Source: the human T2T-CHM13v2.0 reference genome, Homo sapiens
NCBI RefSeq assembly: GCF_009914755.1
Contig: NC_060926.1
Reading direction: 5' to 3' (one strand)
DNA length: 64,000 bases
The position numbers were made by a program, and so were the translations under genes. Numbering within the stretch: the first letter of the stretch is position 1; each line of letters opens with the position of its first letter. This document shows, piece after piece, positions 45,436 to 60,439 of this stretch. A model generated the notes under the pieces. The model saw only the letters and a list, made by a program, of their open reading frames with translations. It was not told the DNA's origin and ran no database searches.

Positions 45436-47664
45436 CAAGGTTGCAGGGAATTACCACTCAGTAAAAGAGGGGCTGTTCTGGGCTTAGCTTCCAGTGAGTT
45501 TGCTGGGCACAGAGAATCAGAAAGATCTAAGACACCTTTATTTTTAAAGGGAGGCTGAGAAGTTGTCAGCAGCACATCCTGGTAGGACAGTGCCAAGCAT
45601 CGGGGGAGCAGCAGGCACCTGGGTGAGGTGCCGAACTGAGAGGCGAGAGACCCCCACGCCCGTGCTCCTGCTCTCGTCACAGGCACACCCCTCTTCTGCT
45701 TTCTGGGCCTCAAGTATCTCGTCCTTAAAAGGGGCATATGAATTCTGGCCCTGCCCCCCTCATAGTGGACGGGGGCTCAAGCGAGACTGCTGGGTGCACA
45801 CTGGGCCTTGCAAAGAACAGAGGCTACATCAGTGGGAGGGTTTCTCCAGATGTGTGAGACCCTTTGCACAATGCCTCCGGGGCTGGTACCGGCAGAGGGA
45901 TGTGGACAGGGTCGGAGTCCACAGCACTTAGCAAGGGGCCTCCACATGCCACGGATTACATCAGGCTCCGCAGGGACAAGGCTGAGGGCAGCAAGGTCCC
46001 CGCTCTCAGACTCTCACAGTTGAGAATTTCCCACTTCGTGTGCCAGGCCCAGTTGTCATCCAACACGCGTTGTCCAAAGATCAAAGAGAAGGACCAGATC
46101 CCAGTCAGGGGTGCCAGTGCCAGGAAGGGAGGCGCCTGAAGGACAGTGTGCTCCCAAGCCCACCTGAAGGAGCTGGTGGGTGGCCCCTTATCAATGCTCT
46201 GCAGCCAGCCCACCCTGATTTTGTGAACCCGAATGCTGGTGACCAAGGACAGGTCAGGGCAGAAACCATCTGGCTTAGCCTCCAAGCTGGGCCACCCCGA
46301 GAACCTGAGGGTGTTTTGTTTTCCTCCCAGTCTGCGGTGCTCACAAAATTAAACCCACGGAAACCCCAAACATACCAATCCCTGCTCCGTGTGTGTTTCG
46401 CATATGGCTACGGGAAACCCACAAAGGTAACATGATGTGCCCATACCACATACCACAGCCTCTAGAGATGTGTTTTTCTAGAACAATGCTGACACGCTTG
46501 TGATTAAATATTTTACTGTTCCATCTAGCTGACTCATTTGGTGGTGACACAAGTGCCTGACCCCTCCACACCCCTGGGAGGCACAAAACCCACCCTGCAT
46601 TTTGCCCTAATGAGCAGAGAGTGACAAGTGCTGCTCCCCTGTTTTCTGGTGTGACAACCACTGGCGTCCTGGGCAGCATACCTGTGCCAGAGTTTAGAAT
46701 GAGCAGGAAAGGCGCAAGGGCAAATAAAACATTTTGCAATATATTAAAGTACCTGTGCTAACAATTCTCTGCCTTTTAACAAAAAGGCAGTTCGCAAAGA
46801 GTGAAAGAACACCAGTCAGGAGGCGATGCATTGTCTGGTACTGGCTCTGCCTGCCTGGGTGTGCTGGGGGTAGGTGAAGGCACTGAGCCAGCCGTCTCTG
46901 CTAGACTGTGAGCAGTGAGCTCGGTGATGCTCACACCTGTCTGCCACTCGATCCCCAGGCATGACCTGGCCACACCCATGCAGGGTCCATGTTTGTCTCC
47001 GGCAGGCGGGGGTCACACCAGCTGCGGCTTTGCAAGGCCTGGTCCTTTGACCCTCTGCTCATCTATGATCGGGCTTGTGCTCAGCTCACAGCAGGCTTTC
47101 CCTGAATGCCCTGAGGTCTATGACAGCTCCTGAGAGCCGACCCCCACTGTGGTTGAGGGTGCTGACTCTCAGCCCCCGCCTGGCACAGCCTCCCCCTCCC
47201 CATTGCAGCCTTGCTGAAACGCAGCTGAGCTAATTCTGGGCTCCCTGCCACCCGCACAAGCCCACGCTGCACATGCTCTGACTCACGGCTGAGGCGTCCA
47301 GAAGCAGGGATGGGAAGGAAGGCTGCTGCCAGGCACCCACTTGGCATCAGTCAATGGCCAGGGGTCCGTCCTTGGGCCTGACGGTGGAATCCGGGGGTGG
47401 ATCTGAGACCTCTATCCGCTTTCATCAAATCATACTGGCAGTAGCTAAGCCCACATTTTAAAGCCAGTGAATTTCTTGAGACATGCAGCCATATACTCAT
47501 AGCACACAATCATGGAGTTAAAACCTGGAATTAAAAATTAAACCTGTTACTCTTTATCACTGAGACCTATTTCAGCATGTGGCAAATTCTTACACTACCG
47601 CCACATTTCCCAAACATAAAAACCATTTGATCAGAAAAGAAGGGAGATAATTTGCCTCCAGAAG

Positions 47665-48125
47665 TTCAATGCAATCTTATTTGAAAACCTTTTCCTGAAG
47701 ACCTACTATGTGCTCTCCCTCTGAGTATGCCAGAACCTAAGGTGCCATCCCCACCCTTGAGAATCCTCAGTCTGTGCAGGAGGCAGACAGGCATGTCTGT
47801 AACCCACTTGTAAAGGAAGTGTGTGGAGTGCTGTCTAGAGGGAAGCCACATGAGAACGGTCACCTCTGTCGGGGGGTGGGAAGGGAAGAGAGCTGGCAAA
47901 GCTACTCAGGGTGGTCCGTGGGCAGTCAGCCAGCGGGGCAGGTCCCTGGGCAGAGAGGACACAGGTGTGAGGCCTGTGGTAGGGGAGTGCTTGGGGAACA
48001 GGGAGTACAAGACTGGAGCCTGTGGGGAGTGTGGGGAAGGGCTCAGACACAAGAAGCACTGTGGTCAGACTGGGAAGGACCCACGGGGCTGGCTGGGAGG
48101 AGATAGATTGGAGGGTGCAGGCAGA
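47665..48125 (-). mobile_element. L2 fragment
   Basis: gacctactatgtgc..cccacccttgagaatcctcagtct; degenerate. Confidence 0.5.
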
Positions 48126-50644
48126 GGGCCAAGCCGATGGACTCACCCAGGAGTCCCTTAGTCACTCAGGACCACACCTCCCACCCAACGGCAGGTCTGG
48201 GCATCTGAGGAGTCACGGAAAGCATGGTCTTCGGGAGCAGAAAGCCCTAGCAAATGTACATGGCTGTGCAAGTGACCTACACGCTCTGAGCCTCCCCAGT
48301 CGTTAGAATGAAGATTCAGGCAATCCTTTTCTTGCAGGGTTGTTTACAGGATGCAATCAGCTAAGCTATGTGAGAGCCCTGGCAAGGCACCTGGCCTGGG
48401 GCAGGTGATCCTGCAGCAACCCAGTAGGATGAGATGGGGAGAATATAAAGCCAGCTTCAGACCCAACTCCATGGTTTACGCTTTATGCGCAGCCCTAGGA
48501 CCTGGGGAGGTCCTGAATGCATGGAAGCCTCGGCTGCCTCCCTCCCAGAATGGGCATTGTATGTGCCCTGTTGAAAGGCTAAGCAATCACCTCTGCAATG
48601 CAGGCTTTCAGCATCATCTGGCCAGTAAGAGGCTGGCTGCCTGCCCATGCCCCTCTCATGACTAGGAGCCAGGAAGCCGAGGCAGGAGCCAGGTAGGGGG
48701 AGGAGGCAGGAGCCCCAAGGACCCAGGTGACTGTGTTGGTGAAGCTCTTCACTTCAGAGGTAATTGTAATTGCAGACATGGGAAGGGGCCCTTGAGCAAC
48801 TCGCAGGGTCCTGCTGGCCCAGCTCCCAGCCCCCCACAGCAAGGAGCACCACCTCCTCACAGGCCTGTTTCCTGGGCTGGACCCTACCCCCTCACTCCCT
48901 CCACCCTCCCCTCAAGGTTGGGGCCCAAGCCTGAGCCCACAGCATGAGGAGGAGCCCTGCAGTAGCTTCCAGCAGAGCCTGCAGCCCTCACCCAGACATC
49001 AGGTTACGGAAGTTGAGTCCTGTCCCCGCTGAGGTGGGGGGCTCTAAGATTACATGGCTGGATATGGGCCAGGACAGCTTACTGTTAGTTTCCATCCTCT
49101 TCAAGGGAGACTTTTTTAAAGACAGGAGCTTGCGCAGGGCACAGAGGAGCTCTGTCCCCTGCCCCCCACCAGCCTTCGCCTGCTTCTGGGGAGCCGGCTG
49201 GCGACCTCATGGAGCTTCACGCTGGCCCCACAACTGGGGCTCTCCTGCCAACAGACCCCTCCATCAGTGTCTCTGCTGAACGTGGGGACATGGACTGAGG
49301 CCTGAGGCTGGGCGGCTCCGGGCACAGGTCCACTAGCACTCCTCCAGAGGGAGTCCCTGGGCAGCCAGCCTCTCTTCCTCCTGTGCCCGGTTAGACAGCA
49401 CCATCCCAGGACTCCAGGCCCCTGAGAGAGAAGAAGGGGAAGGCTGCTCCCAGAGCAGGGCCCAGCCCCAGGAGATGCTGTTTGCAGTTGGAGGGTGTCC
49501 AGTGGGCAAAGAGGTGCTGTCCAGAGTCCCCGGGTATAGAAGACCCAGGGTCTTGGCACCAGCCTCTGTTCACAGTCACAGGTCCCTGCCAGTATGAGTG
49601 GTTTTGAGGGGGTTGGCAAAGGCTGCTCAAAGTAGAGAAATAATGAGGGGAGGAAGGTCGACCAGGACAGGACTGGGTCCAACTCATGCTTGGAGTGATA
49701 AGAGAAGGCAGAAAAGGACATCACGTGCCAGACCTGAGGAGACTCAGGCTCAGAGACAAGGGGGCACAGAGTGCTGGAGAGGTGCTGGCCACCTGCCCCT
49801 TTCTACACGGAACAGCACAGGCTAAGTCCTCCCTTTCAGCCCTGGAGGCAGTGCCAGGAGCTGACCGGAGCAGGTATCATAGCAGTTTCTTTTCTGAGTG
49901 TGTGGGAGGCACCTCCTAGAACCCTCAGAGATGAGTGGGGCAAGGCACAGGGCAGGGAGCAGGCCATGGGACCATAGGGACCAGGGATGCCCGGGGACTG
50001 GTGGAACATGACTTGCTGTGGAGCCCTGGAGGAGCTGCCTGGGTCTGTGCTAATCCAAGAGACAGGGAGACCTCATGAAAGTCACCTAGATCACAGAGGG
50101 ACAGCCATCAGCTCTGCCAGGTGAAGGACGAGAGCCACAGAGTGATGGTAGGGGCTGCACTGGGCAGGCAAAGAGGGGACTGCTCTTCAGAGAGGGTGGG
50201 CTGCCTGCTGGGGGTGGGGGAAATAGCTGTGAGCCACACATAGGTGTAGGCAAGGGCATGAGTGACACGTGGAAGTTAGGCAACACCAACTTCGGACAAG
50301 ACATCAAGCTTTCTCCAACTCTCCCACCGAGGCAAGGCACAAAGGCAATTACTAAGCACATCCGCTGACCACCACTAAACCTCCTGGCACCCAAATCAAA
50401 GCTCTGACCATGAGGACATGCTTTCTAGGCAGCTTGAGTGTTTCAAGGCATGGCCAAGCCTTGTGTTTGACGAATGACAGCCCAGGTGCCCACTGGGCTG
50501 GCCGGGCCATTGCCCTCAGGGTCACTGGGCCAGGCCTGAGGAACTGTCCCAAACTTACAGAGACAGACGGATGGCACAGATCCAAACTCCCAGGACCCTA
50601 GCCAATCTCTGGGCATGCTTACAAAAAGGGGAGACTTTCCTAAT

Positions 50645-51058
50645 TATCAAGTGATTCATTGGATTAGAAAAACTGTACTATGCCCACACAATGTAATACT
50701 TCGTAGCAACAGAAAGGAAGAAACCACTGACACACACAACTACATGGATGAATCACAAAATAATCATGGGCTGGAAGAAGCCAAAAAGCGCACGATTCCA
50801 TTTAAGCCAAATCCTAGGAAACAGTGTGAACTGAGTAATAGGGATAGAGAGTGGACCAGGGGTTGCCCTACAGGGGATCTGGGGAGGGATTATGGACGTG
50901 CATGAGGAATTTTGGGGAAGATGGGTACGTGCACTATCTTGATCATGGTGTTGGTTTCACAGGTATATACATATATCAAGATGTATGAAACTGTGCACTT
51001 TAAATGTGTGCAGATTATATGTCAATGATACCTCAATAAAGCTGGTTTTTTTTAAAAA
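50645..51058 (+). mobile_element. L1MC/MD-like 3' end
   Basis: acatggatgaatc..tatcttgatcatggtgttggtttcacagg..tacctcaataaagctg. Confidence 0.85.
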
Positions 51059-51754
51059 ATGCTGATTATAAAAATATAGAAAGATATGAAATCTCCCATA
51101 ATTCTATCACAGCTAACCAGAAATCTCATTTTTATATGTTTCCTTCCAGTCTTTTCCCTACTCCCACACATAAATATCATTTTTTTTAATGTAGGATACA
51201 ACCTCTCTTTTTAAAAAGTTTTATTATCCTGAATTTTTTTTCTTCTTTTTAATTTTAAAAGTTCTATGCACCCTGGGAAGAGGAGGTGAAGACAGCAGCT
51301 CCCCAGAGAAGGGGTGAGAGGCCAGGAGAGGAGCGAGTCCCTGAGTGGGGGCATGGACACAGGGCAGAGCAGCTGCCTGTTGCCCTGAGCAAGAGCCTAC
51401 CCGGGGTCAGCACCTGTCCTTCGGTATACTTCACCCAAACCATCTCCTTTGCTAAACTGAGCCTAAATGACAGTACTTTGCACCCAGTATCTGCTCAATC
51501 AGAATTTACTAAAGGGAATCTGAATGAAATGAAGCTGAGCCTGCCCTCCAACACATCCTGCACCTTCTGTCTCCTATCTTGGCACTGGCCCCTGCCTCTT
51601 CCCCATGGGCCTTCTTCTCCCTCCGGCTCGGCCCACTATCCTTCCTGCCTTCTTCATTTAGCCTTAGATCATGAAGTTCCCTCATTCCCTTGTGACTAAG
51701 CATCCTTTAGAAATGTTCCTAAGGGCCTCACTGCACTCCGGCAGACGAATGACT

Positions 51755-52180
51755 CATTCCCCATCATTGGATGTTCAAATTCCTTCCAAATCTGCACCTT
51801 TATATATAACATTGTGATGAACATCCTTGCATAGGAATTTTGGACTGCAGATTTAATTGTTTCCTTGGGATAAATTCCTAGAAATGGAATCCCCAGGATA
51901 AAGGGAGGAATTCTTTTAAAGGGTTTGAGACATCCTGCCAAACTGCTTGGCAGAAAGCTTGCAGCTTCCTCTCCCAAGGCATATGAGAGTCCTTGCCAAA
52001 CACTTTCACATGCATTGAGTACCATCGTTCACAAAAACAAACAAACAAAAGCAAAGCACACCACAAATTTGTCAATTTAATAGCAAAAAATAGTATCTTA
52101 CTTTAATAGGCACCTACTTGATTAATGTAAGATTGACTTTCTCACACTTACTGACATTTATTTCTCCTTTTACGAGCAAA
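51755..52180 (-). mobile_element. L1ME-like fragment
   Basis: tttccttgggataaattcctagaaatggaat. ORF 51696-52025 contains IPFLGIYPKE. Confidence 0.7.
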
Positions 52181-52184
52181 TTCC

Positions 52185-53880
52185 TTTTTTAAAATGTGTA
52201 TACATTTAAAGGGTACAAGCACAATTTTGTTACATGGATATATTGTGTAGTGAAGTCTGGGCTTTTAGTGTAACCATCACCCAAACATTGTACCCAGTAG
52301 GTAGTTGCTCATCTCTCACCCATTAATCCTTCCCAGTTGTCAATGTCTATCATTCCACGCTCTATGTCCATGTATACGCATTATTTCGCTCTCATTTATA
52401 AGTGAGAACATGGGGTATTTTGTCTTTCTAAGTTATTTCACTTAAGATAATGGCCTCCAGTTCCATTCATGTTGCTGCAAAAGATATGCTTTCATCCTTT
52501 TTATGGCTGAATAGTATTCCACTGTGTATATATATCACATTTTCTTTGTCCAATCATCCATTAATGGACACTTAGGTTGATTCCATATCTTTGCTATTGT
52601 GAACTGTGCTGTGATGAACATAAAAGTGCAGGTATCTTTTTAAAATAATGATTCCTTTTCCTTAGGGTAGATACCCAGCAGTAGGATTACTGAATTGGAT
52701 GGTAGTTCTATTTTCAGTTCTTTGAGAAATCTCCACACTGTTTTCCATACAGCTTGTACTAATTTACTTTCCCACCAACAGTGTAGAAGTGGCTGGGTGC
52801 AGTGGCTCAGACCTGTAATCCTAGCACTTTGGGAGGCCAATGCGGGTGGATCGCTTGAGTTCAGGAGTTCGAGACCAGCCTGGCCAACATGACAAAACCC
52901 TGACTCTACTAAAAATACAAAAATTAGCCAGACATAGTGGTACATGTCTGTAATCCCGGCTTCTTGGGAGGCTGAGGCCCAGGCTGAGAATTGTTTGAAC
53001 CTCGGAGGTGGATGTTGCAGTGAGACGAGATCACGCCATTGCACTCCAGCCTGGGCGACAGAGCAAGATGTTGTCTACCAAAAAAAAAAAAAAAAAAAAA
53101 AGAGTTCCCTTTTCTCCTCATCCATGCCAACTGTTATTTTTTGTCTTTTTATAATAGCCATCCTTTCTGCTATAAGATGATATCTCATTGTGCTTTTAAT
53201 TTGCATTTCTCTAATGATTAGTGATGTTGAGCATTTTTTCATATGCTTGTTGATCATTTGTGTGTCTTCTTTTGAAAAAATGTCTATTCATGTCCTTTGC
53301 CCATGTTTTAATGGGATTTTGTGTGGGTTTGTTGAGTTGTTAAGTTCCTGGTAAATTCTGGATATTAGTCCCCTATTGGATACATAGTTTGTAAATATTT
53401 TCTTCCATTCTGCAGGTTGTCTGTTCTCTCTGTTGATTGCTTCTTTTGCTGTGCAGAAGCTTTTTCATTTAAGTCTCATTTGTCTATTTTTGTTTTCGTT
53501 GGATGTACTTTTGAGGTCTTAGACATGAATTCTTTGCCTAGATCAATGATCAGAAGAGTTTCCCCTAGGTTTTCTTCTAGTGTTTTTACAGTTTCAGGTC
53601 TTACATTTGAGTCTTTAATCCATTTTGAGTTGATTTTGTATATGGTGATAGATAGGGGTTCCAGTTTCATTCTTCTCCATATGGCAATCCAATTTTCTCA
53701 GCACCATTTATTGAAAGGGGTGTCCATTTTTATACCAGTGCCATGCTGTTTTGGTTACTTTAGCCTTTTAGTATAGTTTGAACTCAGGTAATGTGATGTC
53801 TCTGGCTTTGTTCTTTTTGCTTAAGACTGCCTTGGCTCTTCGGATTCTTTTTAGGTTCCTTATTAATTTCAGGACAATTT
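52185..53880 (-). mobile_element. L1PB/L1MA-like 3'UTR and ORF2 C-terminal remnant
   Basis: ORFs [25 protein letters not shown] and [18 protein letters not shown] are L1 ORF2p homologues. Confidence 0.93.
52791..53100 (+). mobile_element. AluS inserted antisense to L1
   Basis: Full dimer with poly-A. Confidence 0.95.
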
Positions 53881-54297
53881 TTTCCTTTTGCAAACTAATT
53901 CATATCTCTCACCCACTATCTCATTAAGAAGTTCATTCACAATGAGTTGTTCATATTCATTATTAAAGTTGTTTATATAATACATTAGTCATTTATGTTG
54001 CAGACTTTTTTTCTGTCTCTGGTATCATGTGTAGAAAGATGTTTTTCATCCCTTAACTACTTACTTACCTAAATTATTTTTAGCACTTCAATGATTTCAT
54101 TTTTATATTTAAATTTTAATCCACATGGAATATATTTGGGGGTTTGATATGAGCAAGGGGCTTGATGGTTTCCCAAGTGGTTAAATAGTAACCAGATATA
54201 TTAACTTTTATATTCCAGTCTTTCTAGTCTGTTCCATGGGCATGTTGTCTATTTCCATCACAATACCAAACTGTTTAAATTATTATGAATTTACAAA

Positions 54298-54587
54298 TTT
54301 TTCTGAAACAGGGTCTCACTCTGTTGCCCAGGCTGGAGTGCAGTGGTGTGATCACAGCTCACTGCAGCCTTGAAGTCCTGGCCTTAAGCAATCTTCCCAC
54401 ATCAGCCTTCTGAGTAGTTGGGACTGCAGGTATGCACCACCACATCTGGCTAATTTTTAAAAGGTTTTGTAGAGATGGGGTCTCTCTCTGTTGCTCAGGT
54501 TCGTCTTGAACTCCTGGCCTCAAGCGATCCTCCTGCCTCAGCCTCCCAAATTGTTGGGACTACAGGTGTGAGCCACTGTGCCTGGCC
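54298..54587 (-). mobile_element. AluJ within old L1ME remnants
   Basis: gatcacagctcactgcagccttga (J-type). Confidence 0.93.
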
Positions 54588-56687
54588 TACAATACGTTTT
54601 TTAATATGTTTTAATATCTGGTAAGTTATCCACCCAGATTCTGGCTAGGGGTTGCATTAAATCCATAAGTTAATTTGGAAACAACCGAAATATGTAAGAT
54701 ATTGATCCCCCACTGCTGGAACACGCTGAACATCTCTACCTGTACAATGGCTCTTTTGTGTCCCTGGTACAATTTCATTATCCGGATTGTACACACTTCC
54801 CATGAGTATGGTTCCTGGGTATTCCATCTTTGATTCTATCATGAGTAGAACTGCCCACCTGTCACATCTACTGACCTTCTTGCAGGCAGAGGACTACACT
54901 GTGCATACTTCGCATGCGTAGGCACTGTCTCTGCAGCTTTCACAAATGGGGCACAGCTGGTTCCAAAGCCTTCACTGAGCGGTCATCCCACAGGCACCCA
55001 GGGCTGTCACCACCAAGGGGTGCCAGCACTTTCCTGCGGGACACAGGACCTCCCCAGTCTGGCTGCAGCTTACTTTGAAACTCCTCTGTCCCCTCCAGCC
55101 CTCCAGCACCCGTCCAGTCCCATCAGACACAGCACACTTATGCAAACCGGACCCCTCTCCCAGCTGGAAAAGCCTCCCCATACTTCCCTGCCTGTGGAAA
55201 CGGGTCTCACTCCTCTAGATCCACTCCAACGCTACCTCCCCAACCCAAATTCATGAATCCCCACTGGAAGTCCATCTTGCACAGTAGCACTTATTTTAAT
55301 CTACTTTGTGATAAGAATCACCCACGTGTCTGTGTCCCCTGTCAAGTGTGAAAGCACACCCCACCCTAAGTCATCCTGCCTCATATCCAGTGCTGTGCCC
55401 ACAGCTGCAGCAAATGCGTGTTGACAAACTGGATCAAAGAAACCTCAGGAGTGGAGAACCTGTTCCTCCCTGCTCACTCCCTGAGCCAAAAAGAAGTACT
55501 CCAGGAAGACATGAGGCTGAGGACAAAGAAGCATTTATGCTTCTGCAGAGTGGATGAGGGTGCATGCCAGCCCTGCTCAGCCTGCACTCCCAGAACCTTC
55601 TCAACAAGGTCCCAGAACCTTTCCAACAAGAGAGGAGCCAATCCTCTCTCCCTTGGGAAGGTGGGAGCCCGGTCTTGGAAATCAAGTCTGCCTGACTATG
55701 GCCCAGACGTGCTCAGGCAAAGGCTAAGTTCTCAGCCCCAGTCACAGAGCAGATTCACCTGCAAAGCTTGTTAAGCCCCAGAAGGTCCCACCCAGCCCTC
55801 CTGAGTCAGTCTGGCAGGGCGCGGCAGGGCAGCCACAAGTGGTGCCGATACTGGGCCAATCTGCGTCCCAGGTGAGCGCACCTCCATCTCCCTGGCCTTC
55901 CTTGAATAATACAATGCAGACAGGCAAAGGAGGAAACCAACACTGGGCAGTGCCCAGAGGCAGGCCTTGGGCTCGGAAGGCTCTTGACATGTATTATGGT
56001 GTTCCCTCAGTGAACGTGGGTGAATTCTTGCCCCCATTTACAGATAAAGATACACAGTCAAAAATGTAAGTCTCATCCCCGAGTGACCAGGCTGGGCCTA
56101 GGACCAACCCCACTCCCCTACATTTGAGAAATCCATCCTTTCCTAGCTTAGCTAAAACTCCAAAGTTCCTGAAATTCCCACATATCCATCTCTTGGTAAT
56201 CCCTAAGGCTGAGGCCCCTGAGCACTTGATCCTGAGACGTGCTCAGAAGCCAGGGCTGCTTGACTCACAGAACAGCCTCTGTCTGAGGTGGGGTCTCTCT
56301 GTGCTCCTGCAGCTCCTCCTGCACCCGTGCACAGCTACGCCAAGCCACCGGCCAGCCCCTCCTGTAAGGAGTCATTCCTGCCTCTGTGACTCTGCCCCAG
56401 GTCATGGAGACCCTGAGTCCCACTCCCACCCACGGCAACATTATTACTTTCTCGGACCCCATGCACACTCACCCTCCTATGCCCCTTGCTCCACTTAAAA
56501 AAACAATTACAAAAGCATATTTTCCGATTGTGTCAGTACAAAGGTGAATATATTAATAGTATATATTAAAACATTTTATTTGACCTAAAGTTCGTGTTTT
56601 TCTTCTTTTTTGATTTCTTTCTTTTCTTTTCTTTTTGAAGAAGGCATCACAGCTCAGTGTTTATCTTCCAACTAAAGAAATTAAAAT

Positions 56688-57026
<339 letters not shown>

Positions 57027-57521
57027 TCACAAGCCTCTCAAACTACAATGGGCTCTTGGCACTGTGCCCCCTGTGCCCAGTGGGCCAGCTGGCCTGGACC
57101 TGCCATGAGCAGCGCAGGATGCCCAGAATACTCCCCAGGGAAGACCAGCTCAAGCACAAGCTGCCTATGATGCCATGCAGCTCCAATTAGCTTGACACCT
57201 AGCTCTCCCTCACAGGGGAGCCTAGGCCAAGGTCCCCTGCAAAACAGGGCCACGGAGGGAAGGACATGCCTGCAAGGGTCCGAGAGCTTCTTGTGAGGGG
57301 CCAGGGAGGATAGAGGGGCCTGGGATGTCTCATGATCCCTGAGCAGACAAAACAACTTGTATATTTCTAATGCTGAAAGCTCTACCAGGCTAGCCGATGC
57401 TTAGGGTTACTTTTAATGCCTGGAAGCTAAAAAGAAATGAAATATAGAATTCAATAAAACTGAGCAGCAATTCACTAAGAGAGTTTAGTTATCTGAGCCT
57501 ACTACATCTTTTAAATTTATA

Positions 57522-57881
<360 letters not shown>

Positions 57882-58779
57882 TTATTTTTAAAAATTCATG
57901 GGGAAAATGGTACTTTGTCTTGTAGCTGGAGTGAAAGCCTCATCAATTGCAGAAGCGCTGTGGTCCCAGGACACCCCCTAATGGAACCTACTCAAATTGC
58001 AAGCAAAGTACCCAGGAAGAAAAAGCAAATTGCAAAAGGAGAGCCTGTCATACCCACTTCTTTGAGAGGCTACAAATATTAATTATCCAAACACAGATCC
58101 TTATTTCTTTATATGTGAATCCCTGATGTACATGCACTATCTAGAAATGAAATCAATACTAGGTCACATATGTATACAGGCCATTATTTCTCAATATGTG
58201 TCAGATGTTGAGGTGATTAATAAAATATGACACCTAGACAAGTCTCAAAATTCACAGTGTCTGTCTTTTTGCTGATATGCATTTTTCCTACTGATGAATT
58301 GTGAAAACATAGTTACTGTCATATGAAAGGTTTCTCAAATTGTTCAATATTGCAAAGGGAACTTCATACTCAGAAAAACTGGGAACTCTGGCTTTAGGGC
58401 AGAATTTCCAGCCTTTACAAAAGCAAACACCATGGCAGGCCATCCTGGATATTGATCCTTGGAGGGAATTTGATGGGAATTCCACTTTAGTTGACAGTGA
58501 AGAGCTTAAGCCACAAGTTTGTACAAAAGACCATGTGTCCATCAGAAGAGCAAAGAACTGTTGTAGTATTAACATGCTATTACAACAGAAGTGTTTATTT
58601 AGGAATTGGGGAGAAACAAGAACAGATGATGTTTGGGAAGTCTCTGCTCCTTCAGTTAATTATGCTGGCACATGGCAAGCAGTTCACTCAGGTTCACCCC
58701 AGGAGCCAGAAGACTCAGATGCAGCCACTCTGGTACCACGTGACCACTGACCAAGTGCAAGTCAGGATCCTCCTGGCAG

Positions 58780-59030
58780 ACCCTGGGCTGGAGCTGCCAG
58801 CTCGGGATCCCAGCCCACCCTGTCAGGGGCTTCAGCGACCACCTCCCTCTCTGCCCCACCTTGGTCTCCTGGGCTGGGGACAAGCAAGCCACTTTCACCT
58901 CCCTGAACTTCAGTTTCTTCACCTCAAAACAAAGATAATCATTTCTGCTTTTAATTAGTGGGGTAATACATGAGGCTATAATATATCCCTTAAGTACCTA
59001 ACAGTGCATGGAATACAGCTCATGCTCAGC
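58780..59030 (+). mobile_element. MIR fragment
   Basis: caagccactttcacctccctgaacttcagtttcttcacct..aagataatcatttct. Confidence 0.6.
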
Positions 59031-60189
59031 CAAACTCAGAGACATTCCCATCTCCCTCTGCTCAGCTTTTATTCTCACAGACAGGAGCCAGTTGACCTTT
59101 ACTCCTTCAGAAGGTGAAGAAGGACTTAACAGCCAGGGCTAATTATGTGCTCACGCTGGGCCCAGCAAGGTATGCCCCACAAAACATGCCTCCCCTAAGG
59201 GGCCCCCCCAGGGCATGGCACCCCCAGGCATGGCCCACCTCCTTCCTCCTACTCCTCCACCTCCCATGACCTAGGGGCCCTGTCCAGCACCTCCACCCAG
59301 CAGGTCTTATTCCATTTTAACCAGGAATACCTTAGCCCCCCAAAAAGGGGGTGCTGAATGAGGTCTCATTATAATAAAAATGTTGTTTCCAACTTTCTTG
59401 GACATCAGTTACAACATATCTGCCATTTCCACACAAATGCTTGCCTTTCCTTCTCCCTACAGCCCTAGGAGGCAGGTGCCACAACCTCGCAGAGTGCAGA
59501 GGAGGAAGGTCACCCCAAGGCTGCACCTGAGGCCACCTAAATAGCACGGGGCCCCACCAGGGTGTGGTCCAGGACGACCCAGCTCTCAGCCTGTCCCTTT
59601 CCTTCCCCTTCTCTCCTGTGGAAGCTGCTGCCAGTAGGGGCTGGGGAGAGGCAAGAGGGAAGGAGGAGGGAAGGAAGGGGCTCTTGGCTGGACTCCAGCC
59701 AGGGTCCAGTCCTAGGTGGGACTTCAAGGAGGAGGAAGGAGCTGACCAGGGAATGAAGGGCCCCTCCCTTGCCTAGGCTCAGCCCCAGGCCCTGTGCACA
59801 CTTGGGGGGAGGAACTTGCCCAAGAGTGTTCACCTGCATTAAGTGAAACCCTGGGTGGGTTACCAGGACACTTCCTGACACTGTTTCCAAGTTCTCGGCT
59901 TGAGACAGGTTAAAAACAAGGTGACAAGGAAAGGACCCTGGGTTCAAATCCCTGCATAACTTGTCTGTGCCTCAGTTTGCTCTTCTGTAAAGTGGGGATA
60001 AAAACAGTGAGAGGTGAAGCAATCATGGCAGCCCCTGTGTGTCAGCTGAATAGCCACAACAGTACTGAAACCGACAACCACACAGCACGCACAGGCAGAG
60101 GGGCAAAGGCATCAGGGTTCACCCAGAGGAACAAACGCTGCATACACGGGGAGTGCGCCTCGTGAGGGAAGCGGGATAAAGGTGGGCTC

Positions 60190-60340
60190 ACAGCTCTCAC
60201 TCACCAGCTATGCAATCCTGCCAAAGTGACTTCACTTTGCTAAGCCTGGGTCTTCTTACTTATAAAATACACAGGGTGACTACAAGGATTAAATAAGATG
60301 AAAAAGGTGAAGTTACCCAAAAGGTGGGGAGCAATGCTCG
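60190..60340 (+). mobile_element. MIR fragment
   Basis: actcaccagctatgcaatcctg..aagtgacttcactttgctaagcct..aggattaaataagat. Confidence 0.6.
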
Positions 60341-60392
60341 ACAGGTGGAATACAGCATCAAATCTCTGAGCTGGAATGGACTTCTCTTCTAA

Positions 60393-60437
60393 ACACACAC
60401 ATGCGCGCGCACACACATGCATACACACACACACACT
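60393..60437. repeat. (CA)n/(CG)n alternating tract
   Basis: acacacacatgcgcgcgcacacacatgcatacacacacacacac. Confidence 0.9.
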
Positions 60438-60439
60438 TT

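Noticed and set aside
49116-49724. 202-aa - strand ORF
   Set aside because: No recognisable domain, Pro/Ser/Leu-rich chance composition, and overlapping ORFs in other frames.
58340-58750. 136-aa ORF with fairly protein-like composition
   Set aside because: TTG start, no clear splice boundaries and no recognised homology. A BLASTP or PhyloCSF hit would change this.
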